Shown piece by piece: positions 57,757-64,000 of a stretch of 64,000 nucleotides of DNA (the first letter of the stretch is position 1; every line of letters begins with the position of its first letter). Source of the DNA: Patescibacteria group bacterium (lineage in GTDB: Bacteria; Patescibacteriota; Patescibacteriia; PEXW01); NCBI GenBank assembly GCA_038065235.1, contig JBBTRK010000005.1, positions 22,389 to 86,388 on the forward strand, given 5' to 3'. A program made the position numbers and the translations under genes. A model generated the notes under the pieces. That model was not told the origin of the DNA. It was given only the letters and a program-made list of their open reading frames with translations, and did not search any database.

Positions 57757-58090
57757 TGTCATGCCGGAGAGCACATCCGGCATCTTGTAGTTGCACTGAA
57801 GTGCGACCTAATGTTTTCCAGTTGATGGTGTTCCATCACGTGAATGCCACCCTTTCTTGGTGGCAAGAAAGGATGTAGCCCAAAGAAGCCAGCAGGGGGA
57901 ATCGATTCGCACACGAGAAGCACGCCATCCCATTTGTTGGATGGGCTCAGCGATTCCCCCTGCACCCGAATGCTAAACAAGTTTTCTCTTTTCCCTTTGA
58001 TCAACCGTGATTCGATGACATGAACCGTATAAACGTTTGGTCGTTCACCCGTATAACCCAGAGATCCCGGATCGGAGTCCGGGATGACAG
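57757..58090. repeat. About 330-bp element bounded by inverted REP-like ends (MITE/REPIN-like)
   Basis: Left TGTCATGCCGGA..TCCGGCATCT, right AGATCCCGGA..TCCGGGATGACA; internal 13-bp inverted repeat GCAGGGGGAATCG/CGATTCCCCCTGC. Confidence 0.6.
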
Positions 58091-58190
58091 TAAATGAGCA
58101 TTGCGTTGTACTATAATTGACACTATTACAGGAGGAGTATACTAGGGCGACATGAGCGTACGTGCTGGGTGTGGCTAACCTTCCCGCACT

Positions 58191-58763
58191 ATGGCAGTTT
58201 TCCTCGGGGTCATTGTGGTCATAAGTCTCTTCGTCGCAGCGATTGCGCTGTGCACGGCGCTGGTTGGCTTTGGCGCATGGCTGCGGTGGCGCATTGCACT
58301 GCTGCCGCATATGCGCCAATCTTCCGACTTGCGTACGTGGTACAAGCGCGAGAAGGTGAAAGACGATGACCGCCGCAACATGCAGCGCATGGCATTCGGT
58401 ATGGTCTTCCTCATCGTGCAGGTTCCTTTTTTCATTTTCTTCGAGCAACGCACATGGCCATTCCGAACGGTGCTGCTCGGCCTTGGTGTCTACTTAGCAC
58501 TCCGGGGAGTGTACGGCCACTGGCTCGGTGGTCGAGCGCGGTTGGAGCGTCATGTCACAGAAAAAGCATCGACAGCACACCATGCATTTGATTTACTGAC
58601 GCCCGAGGAGGGTGCGCGCTCGAGAGAGATCATGATGCGGCTCTTCACCGCTGAGCGAATTATTCGCCTGGGCGGGTATACAATCTTGGGTGTAGGCTTC
58701 GTGGCAGCCTTAGTGTGGGACGCTGGGGCTGGTGGCGCCCTGCCTTCGCTCGTGCTACCGTAA
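58191..58763 (+). CDS. Hypothetical membrane protein
   Basis: About 4 TM helices. Confidence 0.65.
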   Translation: MAVFLGVIVVISLFVAAIALCTALVGFGAWLRWRIALLPHMRQSSDLRTWYKREKVKDDDRRNMQRMAFGMVFLIVQVPFFIFFEQRTWPFRTVLLGLGVYLALRGVYGHWLGGRARLERHVTEKASTAHHAFDLLTPEEGARSREIMMRLFTAERIIRLGGYTILGVGFVAALVWDAGAGGALPSLVLP

Positions 58764-58785
58764 CTATAGAAAGGAGACGGGGCGT

Positions 58786-59082
58786 ATGGGTTTTACCCCG
58801 ATTAAGTACACGCTAAACCGTAATATTCAATCCTCTGGCCTGCAGGATCAGGTTGACGGCGCTCGAGTCATTGAGCTCTTTTCTTCTATTGTGGCGGAGG
58901 TGATTGGCGAAGGTATTGCCCAGAAAGTGAAGGGCCTCTACCTGAAGAATCGGACACTCACCGTGTCGGTTCCATCCCCGGTCATCGGCCAAGAAATCAA
59001 ATTACACGAGAATGCGATTGTGGACGCGCTCAACAAGAAAATGGAGGTCGTGGTGGTCGAGCGGTTGAGGTTTTTGGCATGA
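58786..59082 (+). CDS. dciA: DUF721/DciA helicase-loader family protein
   Basis: RBS AAAGGAG; L.V.V.SP...QEI.L....I...LN......V..LRF. Confidence 0.82.
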   Translation: MGFTPIKYTLNRNIQSSGLQDQVDGARVIELFSSIVAEVIGEGIAQKVKGLYLKNRTLTVSVPSPVIGQEIKLHENAIVDALNKKMEVVVVERLRFLA

Positions 59083-59085
59083 TTG

Positions 59086-59180
59086 CCCCTCTCCCCAGCC
59101 CTCTCCCGCGAAGGGGAGAGGGAGATTTTTTATACCCTCTCCTCCAGCAGGAGAGGGTGGCCGAAGGCCGGGAGAGGAGG
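59086..59180. repeat. Paired C/G-rich REP-like hairpins (DUF559-associated type)
   Basis: CCCTCTCCCGCGAAGGGGAGAGGG and CCCTCTCCTCCAGCAGGAGAGGG. Confidence 0.75.
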
Positions 59181-59260
59181 ATTGCGAGAAATAATTCGAG
59201 TGGAAAAATGAGAAGAAATATGGTATAGTGAAGGTGTTCGCAGCACCTCATTTTTTATTC

Positions 59261-59656
59261 ATGAGCCTGAAGAATTACCTCATACTCTTCGCCGTCGGTA
59301 CGTTGCTCTCGTGGGGGGCGTGGGCAATCGTCCTCACGCAAATGAACCCAGACGTGAACCGCGCAATGACCGTGACGGCCTTTGCCATGTCACTCGGTTT
59401 CGCCGTGGCTGGGACGTTCGCCCTGGCAGGATTTGGGGTGCGGGCGATGTTCGGCAAAGATCCCGTGCTCTTCCGCGTGTTGCGCACGTCCGTGCGGCAG
59501 GGCGTTGTGGTTGCTGTACTGCTAGAAGGCCTACTCGTCCTGCAAGCTATGCGCTGGTTCGCCTGGTGGAACGTCATGCCTTTGGTACTTTTCTTTATTT
59601 TACTCGAAGGCTTTTTCTTATCGCAGGAAGCATTGCGTGAACGCCAGACTCGATGA
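59261..59656 (+). CDS. Hypothetical 4-TM membrane protein
   Basis: W..V...M.P, S.RQG, L.LQ, LE.FF; stop overlaps the pheS start. Confidence 0.8.
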   Translation: MSLKNYLILFAVGTLLSWGAWAIVLTQMNPDVNRAMTVTAFAMSLGFAVAGTFALAGFGVRAMFGKDPVLFRVLRTSVRQGVVVAVLLEGLLVLQAMRWFAWWNVMPLVLFFILLEGFFLSQEALRERQTR

Positions 59657-60669
59657 AATCTGCAATTGAACAGCTCCAAGCCGAAACCCTCGACGCCCTA
59701 CAGCACGTGCAAGACGTTGCTGCTGTGGATGCACTTGAAATTGCTGTCCTCGGTCGCAAAGGCAAGCTCGCGGCAATCCTCTCGCGCATTCCAACCTTGC
59801 CCCCTGCGGAGCGGGCTGGTATTGGCACGCTCGCGAATGAGGTAAAGCAAGCGTTGCAGCAGGCCTTCAACGATTGCCGGACGAAGTTTAGCGGCACCAG
59901 CGACCACAGCCACTTCGATCCCACGTGGCCGGGCGTGGCGCCGAGCATCGGCCACCTTCATCCGGTCACGGCGTTCGTCGAGAAAGCAGTGCAGTTCTTC
60001 ACTTCGTTGGGCTACGCCGTAGCGGACGGGCCAGAGGTAGAAACCGCAGTCTACAACTTCGACAAGCTCAACATTCCAGCGAATCACCCGGTCCGTGATT
60101 TGTGGGACACCTACTACCTCAACCCCGAACGTGAGGGGATACTACTGCGCACCCAAACATCGCCGGTTCAGTTGCGGTACATGGAAAAGCATCGGCCGCC
60201 AGCGTTTTTCGTTGCTCCGGGTCGGGTATACCGTCGCGAAGCTACGGATGCCAGTCATGACACCAACTTCACTCAGCTGGAAGGTTTAGCAATTGACCGC
60301 GACCTGCACATCACCGATCTCATTGGCACGCTCAAGGCGTTCATCACCCATACCTTCGGAAACGTGAAGATGCGCGTGCGACCAAGCTACTTCCCGTTCG
60401 TGGAGCCTGGTATTGAAGTCGACATGTCCTGCCTCATTTGCGCAGGCAAAGGCTGCTCGGTGTGCAAGCAGACGGGTTGGCTAGAAATGCTCGGCGCTGG
60501 CATGGTGCACCCCAAGGTGCTGACCAACATGAAAGTAGACCCCAAGAAGTTCTCGGGCTTCGCCTTTGGCATTGGCGTGGAGCGCATGGTTATGTTGCTG
60601 CACGGCATTCCCGAAGTTCGTTTGCTGTTGAGTGGTGACCAGAGATTTTTAGAACAATTTCACTACTAA
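59653..60669 (+). CDS. pheS: Phenylalanine--tRNA ligase alpha subunit
   Basis: GHLHP, NFDKLNIP.NHP.RD.DT, LRTQTSPVQ, PSYFPFVEP, GFAFGIG.ER. Confidence 0.98.
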   Translation: MKSAIEQLQAETLDALQHVQDVAAVDALEIAVLGRKGKLAAILSRIPTLPPAERAGIGTLANEVKQALQQAFNDCRTKFSGTSDHSHFDPTWPGVAPSIGHLHPVTAFVEKAVQFFTSLGYAVADGPEVETAVYNFDKLNIPANHPVRDLWDTYYLNPEREGILLRTQTSPVQLRYMEKHRPPAFFVAPGRVYRREATDASHDTNFTQLEGLAIDRDLHITDLIGTLKAFITHTFGNVKMRVRPSYFPFVEPGIEVDMSCLICAGKGCSVCKQTGWLEMLGAGMVHPKVLTNMKVDPKKFSGFAFGIGVERMVMLLHGIPEVRLLLSGDQRFLEQFHY

Positions 60670-60679
60670 CGAACTTCAT

Positions 60680-61165
60680 ATGGAAAAAGTGCATGAAGCA
60701 GTCGACGAGCCAGACGAAATTGAAGCGCGGATAGAGAAGCAAGGTGTGTACGATGAGACGCCGAATGAAGTTTTGAATAAAGAAAAGGAAGATGAGGTTG
60801 AAGTACAAGTCGAGCCGACCGCCGAAGATTTACAAGTCGAAGAGGAGATGAAGCTCACGGGCAGTGAGGAGAAATGGTTGCAAGATTTGAAGCTCCGCGT
60901 GAAAGAGTGGAAAGCAAGTAAATCCACCTACCCACACGATGCACAAGATGCCATGGGGAATATTCATGCGGAAGATTTTGACGGCGTGGATGTTCGGCTC
61001 TACCACGTTTTTCAGCAACTGCAGAAAAGTCCTAGCCCGTACTTCAAGCAACGGTTCGGTCGGCTGCTGCGCAAGCAGGTTCGCGATACCCAGAACAATA
61101 CCGAATCTACTGGCTACCAGCTGACGAAGATACTGGATGCACTCGCCAACGCTGAACAAGAATAA
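60680..61165 (+). CDS. Acidic hypothetical protein between pheS and pheT
   Basis: 161-aa ORF filling the gap, Glu-rich N-terminal half. Confidence 0.75.
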   Translation: MEKVHEAVDEPDEIEARIEKQGVYDETPNEVLNKEKEDEVEVQVEPTAEDLQVEEEMKLTGSEEKWLQDLKLRVKEWKASKSTYPHDAQDAMGNIHAEDFDGVDVRLYHVFQQLQKSPSPYFKQRFGRLLRKQVRDTQNNTESTGYQLTKILDALANAEQE

Positions 61166-61168
61166 TTC

Positions 61169-63523
61169 ATGAAGCTCCCGCTCACCTGGCTCAAAGACTT
61201 CGTCACCGTCCGTACTAGCCCAGAGAAACTGGCGCAGCTGCTGACGTTGTCGGGATCGGAAGTGGAGAAAATTGAACGTGGGCCAGAGGTGAGCGGCATC
61301 ATCGTTGGTTTGGTAGAAGAGGTGAAGCAGCACCCGAACGCCGATCGTTTGAAAGTCTGTAAGGTTCGAGTTGAGCCAGATGGAGAGCTGCGGACAATCG
61401 TCTGCGGCGCGCCGAACGTTGCCGTTGGTCAGAAAGTTCCGGTTGCTTTGCCAGGCACGGTTTTGCCGAACGGCGTGGAGCTGGGGAAGGCGACGATTCG
61501 CGGGGTGGAATCCAGCGGCATGATTTGTGCAGCAGATGAGCTCGCCTTAGGCAACGACCACAGCGGTATCATTGTCCTCGATCCGAAAGCAGAAGTCGGC
61601 ACACCGGCAGCGAAGTGGCTGGGCGCGGCAGACACGACGTTCGACGTGAAGGTCACACCAAACCGCGGGGACTGCCTCTCCATTCGCGGCCTGGCCCGGG
61701 AAGTTGCCATCCTCACCAAGCAGAAGGTGAAAGTTGTCGAACCGATGCTTGTGGAGGGAAAATCACGCAACACCGTTAAAGTGAAAATCCAAGATACCAA
61801 AGGCTGCAGCCAGTACGTGGCGCGGCTCGTGGAAGGCATCACCATAAAGCCGTCGCCATTGGAAGTGCAGGAACGTCTGCGCAGCGTTGGGGTGCGCCCC
61901 ATCAACGCCGTGGTGGATGCAACCAACTACGTCATGTTGGAGCTCGGCCAACCCTTGCACGCATTCGATGCGGACACGGTGAAGCAGATTGTCGTCCGCA
62001 GCGCCAAGCCCAACGAGCAGCTCGTCACCTTGGATGGCGAGAAGCGCAATCTCCTAACGGCCGACCTCGTCATTGCAGACAAGCAGAAAGCTATTGCGCT
62101 GGCTGGCGTTATGGGCGGCCAAGCCACTGAAGTGAGCGAGCACACGACCCGCGTCATTATTGAGTCAGCACGCTTCGATCCCATCCGCGTGCGACTCACG
62201 GCGCAGCGTTTGCGTTTGCGCTCCGAAGCCTCGAGCCGGTTCGAGAAGGGGATAGACCCCAATCTCGCAATCGAAGCAGCTGACCGGTGCGCGGCGTACA
62301 TTGCGCAATGGGCAGACGGTGTCGTGGCGAAAGGCCGCATTGTCGCTGGGAAGAAACCATCAGCGCCAAAAGCCATCAGTCTACCGCTCGCAGAAGTGGA
62401 GCGACTCCTCGGCACACGCATTGCCGCAACCAAAGTGAAAGCGACACTCGTCAGCTTGGGGTGCCTCGTATCGGGTACGAAAACTGCGCTGCGCGTCATC
62501 CCGCCATCGTGGCGCTTGGATCTTTGTATTCCAGCAGACCTTGTAGAAGAGGTTGGTCGGCTCATGGACTACAACACCCTCACACCAACGTTGCCGCGAA
62601 TCCCGCAGCGATCACCCGAACCATCCAGCACGTTCACGTTCACCTCGACTGTTCGGCACCGCTTGGTGGCTGCTGGCCTTACCGAGACACCAACGTACAG
62701 CTTCTACAGCAAGCAGCTCGCGGCAGACTTCGATTTAGCCGACCAGCCGCACTCGGAACTCGCAAACCCGCTCAACCCCGACCAAGCGTTGCTGCGCCGC
62801 TCGCTCATGCCGCAGCTCCTCACCGTGGCAGGCAAGCAGAGTGCCACGCGCGATACGCTGCGCATCTTCGAAGTTGGCCGCGCGTTCTGGCCAGCGAACA
62901 AGACTATGCCCGAGGAGCGCACCATGCTGGGCATCGTGGACGTACGTAAAGTCGGCCTGCCCGCCAGCGCCTCGGCGCAGCCGTGGCAGGCGGGTGACCC
63001 CTTCCTTGCCGTGAAAGGCGTGGTGGAAGCACTGTGCCGAAGCCTCGGCTTGCATGACGTGCGCTACCACGGTTCAACCTCAACCGCAGCGCGCATCACC
63101 GTGGGCACGGAAGCCATTGGCATCATCGGCAGCGTGCGGCAGAAGTACGCTGACGCGGTGAAGCTGCGCAAGCCTGCAGCGTTCGCTGAGATCGACCTGT
63201 CGCTGCTCATGGAGCAGCCGCGACACGTGACGAAAGCACAGCCGCTTCCCGTCTACCCGTCGGTGGAGCGCGACCTCTCATTCGCCCTGCCCCACCCTGT
63301 AGCGCATGCCGAGCTCATACGGGAAGTGCGCAGCGTGGACCCGCTCGTGCTGAAGGTGCAGGGGATTGACCGGTTCAGCCTGCCCGGCGGCAAGGTGAGT
63401 ATCACCCTCCGCGTGACGTTCCAGAGCCCGGGAACCACGTTGACCAGCGATGACGTGCAAGGTATCGTAGAGAGGATCGCCCAGCGCATGGACGAGGTAT
63501 TCTCCGCTGAATTCCGCAGGTAA
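61169..63523 (+). CDS. pheT: Phenylalanine--tRNA ligase beta subunit
   Basis: [56 protein letters not shown] domain. Confidence 0.98.
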   Translation: MKLPLTWLKDFVTVRTSPEKLAQLLTLSGSEVEKIERGPEVSGIIVGLVEEVKQHPNADRLKVCKVRVEPDGELRTIVCGAPNVAVGQKVPVALPGTVLPNGVELGKATIRGVESSGMICAADELALGNDHSGIIVLDPKAEVGTPAAKWLGAADTTFDVKVTPNRGDCLSIRGLAREVAILTKQKVKVVEPMLVEGKSRNTVKVKIQDTKGCSQYVARLVEGITIKPSPLEVQERLRSVGVRPINAVVDATNYVMLELGQPLHAFDADTVKQIVVRSAKPNEQLVTLDGEKRNLLTADLVIADKQKAIALAGVMGGQATEVSEHTTRVIIESARFDPIRVRLTAQRLRLRSEASSRFEKGIDPNLAIEAADRCAAYIAQWADGVVAKGRIVAGKKPSAPKAISLPLAEVERLLGTRIAATKVKATLVSLGCLVSGTKTALRVIPPSWRLDLCIPADLVEEVGRLMDYNTLTPTLPRIPQRSPEPSSTFTFTSTVRHRLVAAGLTETPTYSFYSKQLAADFDLADQPHSELANPLNPDQALLRRSLMPQLLTVAGKQSATRDTLRIFEVGRAFWPANKTMPEERTMLGIVDVRKVGLPASASAQPWQAGDPFLAVKGVVEALCRSLGLHDVRYHGSTSTAARITVGTEAIGIIGSVRQKYADAVKLRKPAAFAEIDLSLLMEQPRHVTKAQPLPVYPSVERDLSFALPHPVAHAELIREVRSVDPLVLKVQGIDRFSLPGGKVSITLRVTFQSPGTTLTSDDVQGIVERIAQRMDEVFSAEFRR

Positions 63524-63537
63524 TTCCACCATTCCGT

Positions 63538-64000
63538 ATGCCGAAGAAAGCCGCCAGTTCCGAATACTCCGCCAAGCAAATTACCGTCCTCGAAGGCCTG
63601 GACCCGGTGCGCAAGCGCCCGGGTATGTACATTGGCAACACTGCCAGTGAGGGTTTGCATCACCTGGTGTGGGAGGTCGTGGACAACTCCATTGACGAAG
63701 CTATGGCTGGCCACGCCAAACGCATTGTAGTCACCATGCACTCTGGCAACCGCGTGTCTGTGGAAGATGATGGCCGCGGCATTCCGGTGGACATCCATAA
63801 GACCACGAAGAAGTCTGCCCTGGAAACCGTGCTCACCGTGCTCCACGCTGGCGGTAAGTTCGGCGAAGGCGGGTACAAAGTTTCTGGCGGCCTGCACGGC
63901 GTAGGTGTTTCCGTGGTCAATGCACTGTCCGTCTACGTAAAGGCTGAGGTGAAGCGCGACGGCAAGCTGTGGCAGCAGGAGTACACCCGCGGCAAAGCAC
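63538..64000 (+). CDS. gyrB: DNA gyrase subunit B (3'-truncated by the window)
   Basis: [63 protein letters not shown]. Confidence 0.96.
   Translation, partial: MPKKAASSEYSAKQITVLEGLDPVRKRPGMYIGNTASEGLHHLVWEVVDNSIDEAMAGHAKRIVVTMHSGNRVSVEDDGRGIPVDIHKTTKKSALETVLTVLHAGGKFGEGGYKVSGGLHGVGVSVVNALSVYVKAEVKRDGKLWQQEYTRGKA

Noticed and set aside
1-64000. Alternative genetic code (UGA=Gly) or prophage
   Set aside because: Conserved genes end at TGA (ftsZ, argS) and prfB is present; no phage structural, terminase or integrase genes recognised.

Overview
Chromosomal 64-kb segment of a bacterium using genetic code 11. It looks like a Patescibacteria/CPR (Parcubacteria, ABY1-like) genome; this is inferred from gene style, not from a database search. 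Housekeeping genes: ybeY-dgkA-ftsA-ftsZ, prfB (programmed +1 frameshift), split comEC, tRNA-Asp, infC(AUU)-rpmI-rplT, tmRNA-smpB, argS, a PcrA/UvrD helicase fused to a PD-(D/E)XK nuclease, dciA, pheS/pheT and the start of gyrB. A compact vitamin B12 module spans about 8.7-16.6 kb: NrdR boxes, nrdR, nrdJ, cobO/btuR, a cobalamin riboswitch, DUF4430 and a BtuM-like transporter. The most unusual region is 45.3-54.1 kb, upstream of the helicase-nuclease gene. It is a cassette-like array of unrelated single genes (HicBA, a HEPN-like protein, small membrane proteins) separated by a C-rich bulged palindrome. It also carries repeated promoter+ATGACCCTATTGCCC stubs, a truncated copy of the helicase 5' end and a 489-bp exact direct repeat. 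Several families of short palindromic repeats are also present, some inserted in-frame in conserved proteins (PheT, DegP, NrdR, PcrA). All calls were made by eye from the sequence and the ORF track.
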